Source: Eledone cirrhosa (lineage: Eukaryota). From it: 64,000 bases of DNA. The translations under genes and the position numbers were made by a program. Under the pieces are notes generated by a model. It had not been told where the DNA came from, searched no databases, and saw only the letters and a program-made list of their open reading frames with translations. The stretch is from NCBI GenBank assembly GCA_964016885.1, contig OZ024743.1, forward strand, positions 361,894,001-361,958,000, written 5' to 3'. Below, in pieces: positions 1 through 15,600 of the stretch. Numbering within the stretch: position 1 is the first letter of the stretch; the number at the start of each line of letters is the position of its first letter.

Positions 1-1299
1 AAACAATTGTTATAACTAGTAGAGTTGACAGTGGAAACAATTGTTATAACTAGTACAGCACACAGTGGAAACAATTGTTATAACTAGTACAGCTGACAGT
101 GGAAACAATTGTTATAACTAGTACAGCACACAGTGGAAACATTTGTTATAACTAGTACAGCACACAGTGGAAACAATTGTTACAACTAGTAAAGCACACA
201 GTGGAAACAATTGTTATAACTAGTACAGCACATAGTGGAAACAATTGTTATAACTAGTACAGATCACAGTGGAAACAATTGTTATAACTAGTACAGCTGA
301 CAGTGGAAACAATTGTTATAACTAGTACAGCACATAGTGGAAACAATTGTTATAACTAGTACAGATCACAGTGGAAACAATTGTTATAACTAGTACAGCA
401 CACAGTGCAAACAATTGTTATAACTGGTACAGCTCACAGTGGAAACAATTGTTATAACTAGTACAGCACACAGTGGAAACAATTGTTATAACTAGTACAG
501 CTGACAGTGGAAACAATTGTTATAACTAGTACAGCACACAGTGGAAACAATTGTTATAACTAGTACAGCTGACAGTGGAAACAATTGTTATAACTAGTAC
601 AGCTCACAGTGGAAACAATTGTTATAAGTAGTACCGCACACAGTGGAAACAATTGTTATAACTAGTACAGCTCACAGTGGAAACAATTGTTATAACTAGT
701 ACAGCACACAGTGGAAACAATTGTTATAACTAGTACAGCACACAGTGGAAACAATTGTTATAACTAGTACAGCACACAGTGGAAACAATTGTTATAACTA
801 GTACAGCACACAGTGGAAACAATTGTTATAACTAGTACAGCTCACAGTGGAAACAATTGTTATAACTAGTACAGCTGACAGTGGAAACAATTGTTATAAC
901 TAGTACAGCTCACGTTGGAAACAATTGTTATAATTAGTACAGCACACAGTGGAAACAATTGTTATAACTAGTACAGCACACAGTGGAAACAATTGTTATA
1001 ACTAGTACAGCTCACGTTGGAAACAATTGTTATAATTAGTACAGCACACAATGGAAACAATTGTTATAACTAGTATAGCTGACAGTGGAAACAATTGTTA
1101 TAACTAGTACAGCTGACAGTGGAAACAATTGTTATAACTAGTACAGCACACAATGGAAACAAATTGTTATAACTAGTACAGCTCACAGTGCAAACAATTG
1201 TTATAACTAGTACAGCACACAGTGGAAACAATTGTTATAACTAGTACAGCTCACAGTGCAAACAATTGTTATAACTAGTACAGCACACAGTGGAAACAA

Positions 1300-2200
1300 T
1301 TGTTATAACTAGTACAGCACACAGTGCAAACAATTCTTATAATTAGTACAGCACACAGTGGAAACAATTGTTATAACTAGTACAGCACACAGTGGAAACA
1401 ATTGTTATAACTAGTACAGCACACAGTGCAAACAATTTTTATGACTAGTACAGCACACAGTGCAAACAATTGTTATAATTAGTACAGCACACAGTGGAAA
1501 CAATTGTTTTAACTAGTACAGCTCACAGTGGAAACAATTGTTATAACTAGTACAGCTCACAGTGGAAACAATTGTTATGACTAGTACAGCTCACAGTGGA
1601 AACAATTGTTATAACTAGTACAGCAAACAGTGGAAACAATTGTTATAACTAGTACAGCAAAGAGTGGAAACAATTGCTATAACTAGCACATCACACAGGG
1701 GAAACAATTGTTATAATTAGTACAGCACACAGTGGAAACAATTGTTATAACTAGTACAGCACACAGTGCAAACAATTCTTATAATTAGTACAGCACACAG
1801 TGGAAACAATTGTTATAACTAGTACAGCACACAGTGGAAACAATTGTTATAACTAGTACAGCACACAGTGCAAACAATTTTTATGACTAGTACAGCACAC
1901 AGTGCAAACAATTGTTATAATTAGTACAGCACACAGTGGAAACAATTGTTTTAACTAGTACAGCTCACAGTGGAAACAATTGTTATAACTAGTACAGCTC
2001 ACAGTGGAAACAATTGTTATGACTAGTACAGCTCACAGTGGAAACAATTGTTATAACTAGTACAGCAAACAGTGGAAACAATTGTTATAACTAGTACAGC
2101 AAACAGTGGAAACAATTGTTATAACTAGCACATCACACAGGGGAAACAATTGTTATAATTAGTACAGCACACAGTGGAAACAATTGTTATAACTAGTACA
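1300..2200. repeat. 13-monomer (442 bp) tandem higher-order duplication
   Basis: Rare variant CAATTCTT at 1331 and 1773 (offset 442 = 13x34). Both copies continue with the same ordered variants: TTTTATGAC, TGTTTTAAC, CAGCAAA, AGCACATCACACAGGGG. Confidence 0.9.
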
Positions 2201-5200
2201 GCACACAGTGGAAACAATTGTTATAACTAGTACAGCACACAGTGGAAACAATTGTTATAACTAGTACAGCTGACAGTGGAAACAATTGTTATAACTAGTA
2301 CAGCACACAGTGGAAACATTTGTTATAACTAGTACAGCACACAGTGCAAACAATTGTTATAACTGGTACAGCTCACAGTGGAAACAATTGTTATAACTAG
2401 TACAGCACACAGTGGAAACAATTGTTATAACTAGTACAGCTGACAGTGGAAACAATTGTTATAACTAGTACAGCACACAGTGGAAACAATTGTTATAACT
2501 AGTACAGCACACAGTGGAAACAATTGTTATAACTAGTACAGCTCACAGTGGAAACAATTGTTATAACTAGTACAGCTGACAGTGGAAACAATTGTTATAA
2601 CTAGTACAGCTGACAGTGGAAACAATTGTTATAACTAGTACAGCACACAGTGGAAATAATTGTTATAACTAGTACAGCACACAGTGGAAACAATTGTTAT
2701 AACTAGTACAGCACACAGTGGAAACAATTGTTATAACTAGTACAGCTGACAGAGGAAACAATTGTTATAACTAGTACAGATGACAGTGGAAACAATTGTT
2801 ATAAATAGTACAGCTGACAGTGGAAACAATTGTTATAACTAGTACAGATCACAGTGGAAACAATTGTTATAACTAGTACAGCTGACAGTGGAAACATTTG
2901 TTATAACTAGTACAGCTGACAGTGGAAACAATTGTTATAACTGGTACAGCTGACAGTGGAAACAATTGTTATAACTAGTACAGCACACAGTGGAAACAAT
3001 TGTTATAACTAGTACAGCTCACAGTGGAAACAATTGTTATAACTAGTACAGCACACAGTGGAAACAATTGTTATAACTAGTACAGCACACAGTGGAAACA
3101 ATTGTTATAACTAGTACAGCTCACGTTGGAAACAATTGTTATAACTAGTACAGCTCACAGTGGAAACAATTGTTATAACTAGTACAGCTGACAGTGGAAA
3201 CAATTGTTATAACTAGTAGAGCTGACAGTGGAAACAATTGTTATAACTAGTACAGCACACAATGGAAACAAATTGTTATAACTAGTACAGCTCACAGTGC
3301 AAACAATTGTTATAACTAGTACAGCACACAGTGGAAACAATTGTTATAACTAGTACAGCTCACAGTGCAAACAATTGTTATAACTAGTACAGCACACAGT
3401 GGAAACAATTGTTATAACTAGTACAGCACACAGTGCAAACAATTGTTATAATTAGTACAGCACACAGTGGAAACAATTGTTATAACTAGTACAGCACACA
3501 GTGGAAACAATTGTTATAACTAGTACAGCACACAGTGGAAACAATTGTTATAACTAGTACAGCACACAGTGGAAACAATTGTTATAACTAGTACAGCTGA
3601 CAGAGGAAACAATTGTTATAACTAGTACAGATGACAGTGGAAACAATTGTTATAAATAGTACAGCTGACAGTGGAAACAATTGTTATAACTAGTACAGAT
3701 CACAGTGGAAACAATTGTTATAACTAGTACAGCTGACAGTGGAAACATTTGTTATAACTAGTACAGCTGACAGTGGAAACAATTGTTATAACTGGTACAG
3801 CTGACAGTGGAAACAATTGTTATAACTAGTACAGCACACAGTGGAAACAATTATTATAACTAGTACAGCTGACAGAGGAAACAATTGTTTTAACTAGTAC
3901 AGCACACAGTGGAAACAATTGTTATAACTAGTACAGCACACAGTGGAAACAATTGTTATAACTAGTACAGCACAGAGTGGAAACATTTGTTATAACTAGT
4001 ACAGCACACAGTGCAAATAATTGTTATAACTGGTACAGCTCACAGTGGAAACAATTGTTATAACTAGTACAGCTGACAGTGGAAACAATTGTTATAACTA
4101 GTACAGCTGACAGTGGAAACAATTGTTATAACTAGTACAGCACACAGTGGAAATAATTGTTATAACTAGTACAGCACACAGTGGAAACAATTGTTATAAC
4201 TAGTACAGCACACAGTGGAAACAATTGTTATAATTAGTACAGCACACAGTGGAAACAATTGTTTTAACTAGTACAGCTCACAGTGGAAACAATTGTTATA
4301 ACTAGAACAGCTCACAGTGGAAACAATTGTTATGACTAGTACAGCTCACAGTGGAAACAATTGTTATAACTAGTACAGCACACAGTGGAAACAATTGTTA
4401 TAACTAGTACAGCAAACAGTGGAAACAATTGTTATAACTAGCACATCACACAGGGGAAACAATTGTTATAATTAGTACAGCACACAGTGGAAACAATTGT
4501 TATAACTAATACAGCACACAGTGGAAACAATTGTTATAACTAGTACAGCACACAGTGGAAACAATTGTTATAACTAGTACAGCACACAGTGGAAACAATT
4601 GTTATAACTAGTAGAGCTGACAGTGGAAACAATTGTTATAACTAGTACAGCACACAGTGGAAACAATTGTTATAACTAGTACAGCTGACAGTGGAAACAA
4701 TTGTTATAACTAGTACAGCACACAGTGGAAACATTTGTTATAACTAGTACAGCACACAGTGCAAACAATTGTTATAACTGGTACAGCTCACAGTGGAAAC
4801 AATTGTTATAACTAGTACAGCACACAGTGGAAACAATTGTTATAACTAGTACAGCTGACAGTGGAAACAATTGTTATAACTAGTACAGCACACAGTGGAA
4901 ACAATTGTTATAACTAGTACAGCACACAGTGGAAACAATTGTTATAACTAGTACAGCACACAGTGGAAACAATTGTTATAACTAGTACAGCTCACAGTGG
5001 AAACAATTGTTATAACTAGTACAGCTGACAGTGGAAACAATTGTTATAACTAGTACAGCTGACAGTGGAAACAATTGTTATAACTAGTACAGCACACAGT
5101 GGAAATAATTGTTATAACTAGTACAACACACAGTGGAAACAATTGTTATAACTAGTACAGCACACAGTGGAAACAATTGTTGTAACTAGTACAGCTGACA

Positions 5201-7984
5201 GAGGAAACAATTGTTATAACTAGTACAGATGACAGTGGAAACAATTGTTATAAATAGTACAGCTGACAGTGGAAACAATTGTTATAACTGGTACAGCACA
5301 CAGTGGAAACAATTGTTATAACTAGTACAGCTGACAGTGGAAACAATTGTTATAACTAGTACAGCACACAGTGGAAACAATTGTTATAACTAGTACAGCA
5401 CACAGTGCAAACAATTGTTATAACTAGTACAGCTGACAGTGGAAATATTTGTTATAACTAGTACAGCTGACAGTGGAAACAATTGTTATAACTGGTACAG
5501 CTGACAGTGGAAACAATTGTTATAACTAGTACAGCCCACAGTGGAAACATTATTATAACTAGTACAGCTGACAGTGGAAACAATTGTTTTAACTAGTACA
5601 GCACAGAGTGGAAACAATTGTTATAACTAGTACAGCACACAGTGCAAACAATTGTTATAACTAGTACAGCTCACAGTGCAAACAATTGTTGTAACTAGTA
5701 CAGCTCACAGTGGAAACAATTGTTATAACTAGTACAGCTGACAGTGGAAACAATTGTTATAACTAGTACAGCACACAGTGCAAACAATTTTTATAACTAG
5801 TACAGCACACAGTGCAAACAATTGTTATAACTAGCACAGCACACAGTGGAAACAATTGTTATAACTAGTACAGCACACAGTGGAAACAATTGTTATAACT
5901 AGTACAGCTCACAGTGGAAACAATTGTTATAACTAGTACAGCTGACAGTGGAAACAATTGTTATAACTAGTACAGCACACAGTGGAAACAATTGTTATAA
6001 CTAGTACAGTCTACAGTGCAAACAATTGTTATAACTAGTACAGCTCACAGTGCAAATAATTGTTATAACTAGTACAGCTCACAGTGGAAACAATTGTTAT
6101 AACTAGTACAGCTGACAGTGGAAACAATTGTTATAACTAGTACAGCACACAGTGGAAATAATTGTTATATCTAGTACAGCACACAGTGCAAACAATTGTT
6201 ATAACTAGTACAACTCACAGTGCAAACAATTGTTATAACTAGTACAGATCACAGTGGAAACAGTTGTTATAACTAGTACAGCACACAGTGCAAACAATTG
6301 TTATAACTAGTACAGCACACAGTGGAAACAATTGTTATAACTAGTACAGCTCACAGTGGAAACAATTGTTATGACTAGTACAGCTCACAGTGGAAACAAT
6401 TGTTATGACTAGTACAGCTGACAGTGGAAACAGTTGTTATAACTAGTACAGCACACAGTGCAAACAATTGTTATAACTAGTACAACTCACAGTGCAAACA
6501 ATTGTTATAACTAGTACAGATCACAGTGGAAACAGTTGTTATAACTAGTACAGCACACAGTGCAAACAATTGTTATAACTAGTACAGCACACAGTGCAAA
6601 CAATCGTTATAACTAGTACAGTACACAGTGGAAATAATTGTTATAACTAGTACAGCACACAGTGGAAACAATTGTTATAACTAGTACAGCTCACAGTGCA
6701 AACAATTGTTATAACTAGTACAGCTCACAGTGGAAACAATTGTTATAACTAGTACAGCTGACAGTGGAAACAATTGTTATAACTAGTACAGCTGACAGTG
6801 GAAACAATTGTTTTAACTAGTACAGCACACAGTGGAAACAATTGTTATAACTAGTACAGCTGACAGTGCAAACAATTGTTATAACTAGTACAGCTCACAG
6901 TGCAAACAATTGTTATAACTAGTACAGCACACAGTGGAAATAATTCTTATGACTAGTACAGCTCACAGTGGAAACAATTGTTATAAATAGTACAGCTGAC
7001 AGTGGAAACAATTGTTATAAATAGTACAGCTCACAGTGGAAACAATTGTTATAACTAGTTCAGCTGACAGTGGAAACAATTGTTATAACTAGTACAGCTC
7101 ACAGTGCAAACAATTGTTATAACTAGTACAGCACACAGTGGAAACAATTGTTATAACTAGTACAGCTCACAGTGCAAACAATTGTTATAACTAGTACAGC
7201 TCACAGTGGAAACAATTGTTATAACTAGTTCAGCTGACAGTGGAAACAATTGTTATAACTAGTACAGCTCACAGTGCAAACAATTGTTATAACTGGTACA
7301 GCTCACAGTGGAAACAATTGTTATAACTAGTTCAGCTGACAGTGGAAACAATTGTTATAACTAGTACAGCTCACAGTGCAAACAATTGTTATAACTAGTA
7401 CAGCACACAGTGGAAACAATTGTTATAACTAGTACAGCTCACAGTGCAAACAATTGTTATAACTAGTACAGCTCACAGTGGAAACAATTGTTATAAATAG
7501 TACAGCTCACAGTGGAAACAATTGTTATAACTAGTTCAGCTGACAGTGGAAACAATTGTTATAACTAGTACAGCTGACAGTGGAAACAATTGTTTTAACT
7601 AGTACAGCACACAGTGGAAACAATTGTTATAACTAGTACAGCTGACAGTGCAAACAATTGTTATAACTAGTACAGCTCACAGTGCAAACAATTGTTATAA
7701 CTAGTACAGCACACAGTGGAAACAATTGTTATAACTGGTACAGCTCACAGTGGAAACAATTGTTATAAATAGTACAGCTCACAGTGGAAACAATTGTTAT
7801 AACTAGTTCAGCTGACAGTGGAAACAATTGTTATAACTAGTACAGCACACAGTGGAAACAATTGTTATAACTAGTACAGTCTACAGTGCAAACAATTGTT
7901 ATAACTAGTACAGCTCACAGTGCAAACAATTGTTATAACTAGTACAGCACACAGTGGAAACAATTGTTATAATTAGTACAGCTC

Positions 7985-9680
7985 ACAGTGCAAACAATTG
8001 TTATAACTAGTACAGCTCACAGTTGAAACATTTGTTATAACTAGTACAGCTGACAGTGGAAACAGTTGTTATAACTAGTACAGCACACAGTGGAAACAAT
8101 TATTATAACTAGTACAGCTCACAGTGGAAACAATTGATATAACTAGTACAGCACACAGTGAAAACAATTGTTATAACTAGTACAGCTCACAGTGGAAACA
8201 ATTGTTATAACTAGTACCGCACACAGTGGAAACATTGTTATAACTAGTACAGCACACAGTGCAAACAATTGTTATAACTAGTACAGCACACAGTGGAAAC
8301 AATTGTTATATCTAGTACAGCTCACAGTGGAAACAATTGTTATAACTAGTACAGCCCACAGTGGAAACAATTGTTATAACTAGTACAGCACACAGTGGAA
8401 ACAATTATTATAACTAGTACAGCTCACAGTGGAAACAATTGTTATAACTAGTACAGCACACAATGGAAACAATTGTTATAACTAGTACAGCTGACAGTGG
8501 AAACAATTGTTATAACTAGTACGGCTGACAGTGGAAACAATTGTTATAACTAGTACAGCACACAGTGGAAACATTTGTTATAACTAGTACAGCTCATAGT
8601 GGAAACAATTGATATAACTAGTACATCACACAGTAGAAACAATTGTTATAACAAGTACAGCTCACAGTGGAAACAATTGTTATAACTAGTACAGCACACA
8701 GTGGAAACATTGTTATAACTAGTACAGCACACAGTGCAAACAATTGTTATAACTAGTACAGCACACAGTGGAAACAATTGTTATAACTAGTACAGCTCAC
8801 AGTGGAAACAATTGTTATAACTAGTACAGCTGACAGTGCAAACAATTGTTATAACTAGTACAGCTCACAGTTGAAACATTTGTTATAACTAGTACAGCTG
8901 ACAGTGGAAACAGTTGTTATAACTAGTACAGCACACAGTGGAAACAATTATTATAACTAGTACAGCTCACAGTGGAAACAATTGATATAACTAGTACAGC
9001 ACACAGTGAAAACAATTGTTATAACTAGTACAGCTCACAGTGGAAACAATTGTTATAACTAGTACCGCACACAGTGGAAACATTGTTATAACTAGTACAG
9101 CACACAGTGCAAACAATTGTTATAACTAGTACAGCACACAGTGGAAACAATTGTTATATCTAGTACAGCTCACAGTGGAAACAATTGTTATAACTAGTAC
9201 AGCCCACAGTGGAAACAATTGTTATAACTAGTACAGCACACAGTGGAAACAATTATTATAACTAGTACAGCTCACAGTGGAAACAATTGTTATAACTAGT
9301 ACAGCACACAATGGAAACAATTGTTATAACTAGTACAGCTGACAGTGGAAACAATTGTTATAACTAGTACGGCTGACAGTGGAAACAATTGTTATAACTA
9401 GTACAGCACACAGTGGAAACATTTGTTATAACTAGTACAGCTCATAGTGGAAACAATTGATATAACTAGTACATCACACAGTGGAAACAATTGTTATAAC
9501 AAGTACAGCTCACAGTGGAAACAATTGTTATAACTAGTACAGCACACAGTGGAAACATTGTTATAACTAGTACAGCACACAGTGCAAACAATTGTTATAA
9601 CTAGTACAGCACACAGTGGAAACAATTGTTATAACTAGTACAGCTCACAGTGGAAACAATTGTTATAACTAGTACAGCTG
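7985..9680. repeat. 25-monomer (848 bp) tandem higher-order duplication
   Basis: AGTTGAAACATTT at 8021 and 8869 (offset 848 = 25x34-2, matching two 33-bp monomers). The same ordered variants follow: CAGTTG, ATTATT, GATAT, GTGAAA, TACCGC, TATCTAG, GCCC, ACGGCT, CTCATAG, ACAAG. Confidence 0.9.
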
Positions 9681-12600
9681 ACAGTGGAAACAATTGTTAT
9701 AAATAGTACAGCACACAGTGGAAACAATTGTTATACCTAGTACAGCACACAGGGGAAACAATTGTTATAACTAGTACATCACACAGTGGAAACAATTGTT
9801 ATAACTAGTACAGCACACAGTGGAAACAATTATTATAACTAGTACAGCACACAGTGCAAACATTTGTTATAACTAGTACAGCTCACAGTAGAAACAATTG
9901 TTATAACTAGTACAGCACACAGTGGAAACAATTGTTATAACTAGTACAGCTGACAGTGGAAACAATTGTTATAACTAGTACAGCACACAGTGGAAACAAT
10001 TGTTATAACTAGTACAGCACATAGTGGAAACAATTGATATAACTAGTACATCACACAGTGGAAACAATTGTTATAACAAGTACAGCTCACAGTGGAAACA
10101 ATTGTTATAACTAGTACAGCACACAGTGGAAACAATTGTTATAACTAGTACAGCACACAGTGGAAACAATTGTTATAACTAGTACAGCACACAGTGGAAA
10201 CAATTGTTATAACTAGTACAGCACACAGTGGAAACAATTGTTATAACTAGTAAAGCACACAATGGAAACAATTGTTATAACTAGTACAGCTCACAGTGCA
10301 AATAGTTGTTATAACTAGTCAGCACACAGTGGAAACAATTGTTATAATTAGTACAGCACACAGTGAAAGCAATTGTTATAACTAGTACAGTTGACAGTGG
10401 AAACAATTGTTATAACTAGTACAGATGACAGTGGAAACAATTGTTATAAATAGTACAGCTGACAGTGGAAACAATTGTTATAACTGGTACAGCACACAGT
10501 GGAAACAATTGTTATAACTAGTACAGCTGACAGTGGAAACAATTGTTATAACTAGTACAGCCCACAGTGGAAACAATTGTTATAACTAGTACAGCTCACA
10601 GTGGAAACAATTGTTATAACTAGTACATCTGACAGTGGAAAAAATTGTTATAACTATTACAGCTGACAGTGAAAACAATTGTTATAACTAGTACAGCTGA
10701 CAGTGGAAACAATTGTTATAACTAGTACAGCACACAGTGAAAACAATTGTTATAATTAGTAGAGCTGACAGTGGAAACAATTGTTATAACTAGTACAGCA
10801 CACAGTGGAAACAATTGTTATAACTAGTACAGCACACAGTGCAAACAATTGTTATAACTAGTACAGCTCACAGTGCAAACAATTGTTATAACTAGTACAG
10901 CTCACGGTGGAAACAATTGTTATAACTAGTACAGCTCACAGTGGAAACAATTGTTATAACTGGTACAGCACACAGTGGAAACAATTGTTATAACTAGTAC
11001 AGCCACACAGTGGAAACAATTGTTATAACTAGTACAGCACACAGTGCAAACAATTGTTATAACTAGTACAGCTCACAGTGCAAACAATTGTTATAACTAG
11101 TACAGATCACAGTGGAAACAATTGTTATAATTAGTACAGCTGACAGTGGAAACATTTGTTATAACTAGTACAGCTGACAGTGGAAACAATTATTATAACT
11201 GGTACAGCTGACAGGGGAAACAATTGTTATAACTAGTACAGCACACAGTGGAAACAATTGTTATAACTAGTACAGCTCACAGTGCAAACAATTGTTATAA
11301 CTAGTACAGCACACAGTGGAAACAATTGTTATAACTAGTACAGCACACAGTGCAAACAATTGTTATAATTAGTACAGCACACAGTGGAAACAATTGTTAT
11401 AACTAGTACAGCACACAGTGGAAACAATTGTTATAACTAGTACAGCACACAGTGCAAACAATTTTTATGACTAGTACAGCACACAGTGCAAACAATTGTT
11501 ATAATTAGTACAGCACACAGTGGAAACAATTGTTTTAACTAGTACAGCTCACAGTGGAAACAATTGTTATAACTAGAACAGCTCACAGTGGAAACAATTG
11601 TTATGACTAGTACAGCTCACAGTGGAAACAATTGTTATAACTAGTACAGCACACAGTGGAAACAATTGTTATAACTAGTACAGCAAACAGTGGAAACAAT
11701 TGTTATAACTAGCACATCACACAGGGGAAACAATTGTTATAATTAGTACAGCACACAGTGGAAACAATTGTTATAACTAGTACAGCACACAGTGGAAACA
11801 ATTGTTATAACTAGTACAGCACACAGTGGAAACAATTGTTATAATTAGTACAGCACACAGTGGAAACAATTGTTATAACTAGTAGAGCTGACAGTGGAAA
11901 CAATTGTTATAACTAGTACAGCACACAGTGGAAACAATTGTTATAACTAGTACAGCTGACAGTGGAAACAATTGTTATAACTAGTACAGCACACAGTGGA
12001 AACATTTGTTATAACTAGTACAGCACACAGTGCAAACAATTGTTATAACTGATACAGCTCACAGTGGAAACAATTGTTATAACTAGTACAGCACACAGTG
12101 GAAACAATTGTTATAACTAGTACAGCTCACAGTGCAAACAATTGTTATAACTAGTACAGCACACAGTGGAAACAATTGTTATAACTAGTACAGCACACAG
12201 TGGAAACAATTGTTATAACTAGTACAGCACACAGTGGAAACAATTGTTATAACTAGTACAGCTCACAGTGGAAACAATTGTTATAACTAGTACAGCTGAC
12301 AGTGGAAACAATTGTTATAACTAGTACAGCTGACAGTGGAAACAATTGTTATAACTAGTACAGCACACAGTGGAAATAATTGTTATAACTAGTACAGCTC
12401 ACAGTGGAAACAATTGTTATAACTAGTACAGCTGACAGTGCAAACAATTGTTATAACTAGTACAGCTCACAGTTGAAACATTTGTTATAACTAGTACAGC
12501 TGACAGTGGAAACAGTTGTTATAACTAGTACAGCACACAGTGGAAACAATTATTATAACTAGTACAGCTCACAGTGGAAACAATTGATATAACTAGTACA

Positions 12601-15600
12601 GCACACAGTGAAAACAATTGTTATAACTAGTACAGCTCACAGTGGAAACAATTGTTATAACTAGTACCGCACACAGTGGAAACATTGTTATAACTAGTAC
12701 AGCACACAGTGCAAACAATTGTTATAACTAGTACAGCACACAGTGGAAACAATTGTTATATCTAGTACAGCTCACAGTGGAAACAATTGTTATAACTAGT
12801 ACAGCCCACAGTGGAAACAATTGTTATAACTAGTACAGCACACAGTGGAAACAATTATTATAACTAGTACAGCTCACAGTGGAAACAATTGTTATAACTA
12901 GTACAGCACACAATGGAAACAATTGTTATAACTAGTACAGCTGACAGTGGAAACAATTGTTATAACTAGTACGGCTGACAGTGGAAACAATTGTTATAAC
13001 TAGTACAGCACACAGTGGAAACATTTGTTATAACTAGTACAGCTCATAGTGGAAACAATTGATATAACTAGTACATCACACAGTGGAAACAATTGTTATA
13101 ACAAGTACAGCTCACAGTGGAAACAATTGTTATAACTAGTACAGCACACAGTGGAAACATTGTTATAACTAGTACAGCACACAGTGCAAACAATTGTTAT
13201 AACTAGTACAGCACACAGTGGAAACAATTGTTATAACTAGTACAGCTCACAGTGGAAACAATTGTTATAACTAGTACAGCTGACAGTGGAAACAATTGTT
13301 ATAAATAGTACAGCACACAGTGGAAACAATTGTTATACCTAGTACAGCACACAGGGGAAACAATTGTTATAACTAGTACATCACACAGTGGAAACAATTG
13401 TTATAACTAGTACAGCACACAGTGGAAACAATTATTATAACTAGTACAGCACACAGTGCAAACATTTGTTATAACTAGTACAGCTCACAGTAGAAACAAT
13501 TGTTATAACTAGTACAGCACACAGTGGAAACAATTGTTATAACTAGTACAGCTGACAGTGGAAACAATTGTTATAACTAGTACAGCACACAGTGGAAACA
13601 ATTGTTATAACTAGTACAGCACATAGTGGAAACAATTGATATAACTAGTACATCACACAGTGGAAACAATTGTTATAACAAGTACAGCTCACAGTGGAAA
13701 CAATTGTTATAACTAGTACAGCACACAGTGGAAACAATTGTTATAACTAGTACAGCACACAGTGGAAACAATTGTTATAACTAGTACAGCACACAGTGGA
13801 AACAATTGTTATAACTAGTACAGCACACAGTGGAAACAATTGTTATAACTAGTAAAGCACACAATGGAAACAATTGTTATAACTAGTACAGCTCACAGTG
13901 CAAATAGTTGTTATAACTAGTCAGCACACAGTGGAAACAATTGTTATAATTAGTACAGCACACAGTGAAAGCAATTGTTATAACTAGTACAGTTGACAGT
14001 GGAAACAATTGTTATAACTAGTACAGATGACAGTGGAAACAATTGTTATAAATAGTACAGCTGACAGTGGAAACAATTGTTATAACTGGTACAGCACACA
14101 GTGGAAACAATTGTTATAACTAGTACAGCTGACAGTGGAAACAATTGTTATAACTAGTACAGCCCACAGTGGAAACAATTGTTATAACTAGTACAGCTCA
14201 CAGTGGAAACAATTGTTATAACTAGTACATCTGACAGTGGAAAAAATTGTTATAACTATTACAGCTGACAGTGAAAACAATTGTTATAACTAGTACAGCT
14301 GACAGTGGAAACAATTGTTATAACTAGTACAGCACACAGTGAAAACAATTGTTATAATTAGTAGAGCTGACAGTGGAAACAATTGTTATAACTAGTACAG
14401 CACACAGTGGAAACAATTGTTATAACTAGTACAGCACACAGTGCAAACAATTGTTATAACTAGTACAGCTCACAGTGCAAACAATTGTTATAACTAGTAC
14501 AGCTCACGGTGGAAACAATTGTTATAACTAGTACAGCTCACAGTGGAAACAATTGTTATAACTGGTACAGCACACAGTGGAAACAATTGTTATAACTAGT
14601 ACAGCCACACAGTGGAAACAATTGTTATAACTAGTACAGCACACAGTGCAAACAATTGTTATAACTAGTACAGCTCACAGTGCAAACAATTGTTATAACT
14701 AGTACAGATCACAGTGGAAACAATTGTTATAATTAGTACAGCTGACAGTGGAAACATTTGTTATAACTAGTACAGCTGACAGTGGAAACAATTATTATAA
14801 CTGGTACAGCTGACAGGGGAAACAATTGTTATAACTAGTACAGCACACAGTGGAAACAATTGTTATAACTAGTACAGCTCACAGTGCAAACAATTGTTAT
14901 AACTAGTACAGCACACAGTGGAAACAATTGTTATAACTAGTACAGCACACAGTGCAAACAATTGTTATAATTAGTACAGCACACAGTGGAAACAATTGTT
15001 ATAACTAGTACAGCACACAGTGGAAACAATTGTTATAACTAGTACAGCACACAGTGCAAACAATTTTTATGACTAGTACAGCACACAGTGCAAACAATTG
15101 TTATAATTAGTACAGCACACAGTGGAAACAATTGTTTTAACTAGTACAGCTCACAGTGGAAACAATTGTTATAACTAGAACAGCTCACAGTGGAAACAAT
15201 TGTTATGACTAGTACAGCTCACAGTGGAAACAATTGTTATAACTAGTACAGCACACAGTGGAAACAATTGTTATAACTAGTACAGCAAACAGTGGAAACA
15301 ATTGTTATAACTAGCACATCACACAGGGGAAACAATTGTTATAATTAGTACAGCACACAGTGGAAACAATTGTTATAACTAGTACAGCACACAGTGGAAA
15401 CAATTGTTATAACTAGTACAGCACACAGTGGAAACAATTGTTATAATTAGTACAGCACACAGTGGAAACAATTGTTATAACTAGTAGAGCTGACAGTGGA
15501 AACAATTGTTATAACTAGTACAGCACACAGTGGAAACAATTGTTATAACTAGTACAGCTGACAGTGGAAACAATTGTTATAACTAGTACAGCACACAGTG

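Noticed and set aside
45-50. Promoter elements (TATAAC/TATAAT/TATAAA; TTGACA in the CAGTTGAC variant)
   Set aside because: These are short words inside the repeat unit with no downstream gene, as expected by chance in AT-rich satellite.
35-68. Array of loxP/FRT/dif-like recombination sites (34 bp, contains ATAACT and GTTAT)
   Set aside because: There are no 11-13 bp inverted arms around a 6-8 bp spacer. The match is limited to length and a 5-6 bp word, and no recombinase gene is in the window.
35-68. Monomer derived from 17-bp or ~11-bp subrepeats
   Set aside because: The halves do not align convincingly. The resemblance among ACAATTG, ACTAGT and ACAGTG is too short to support the idea.
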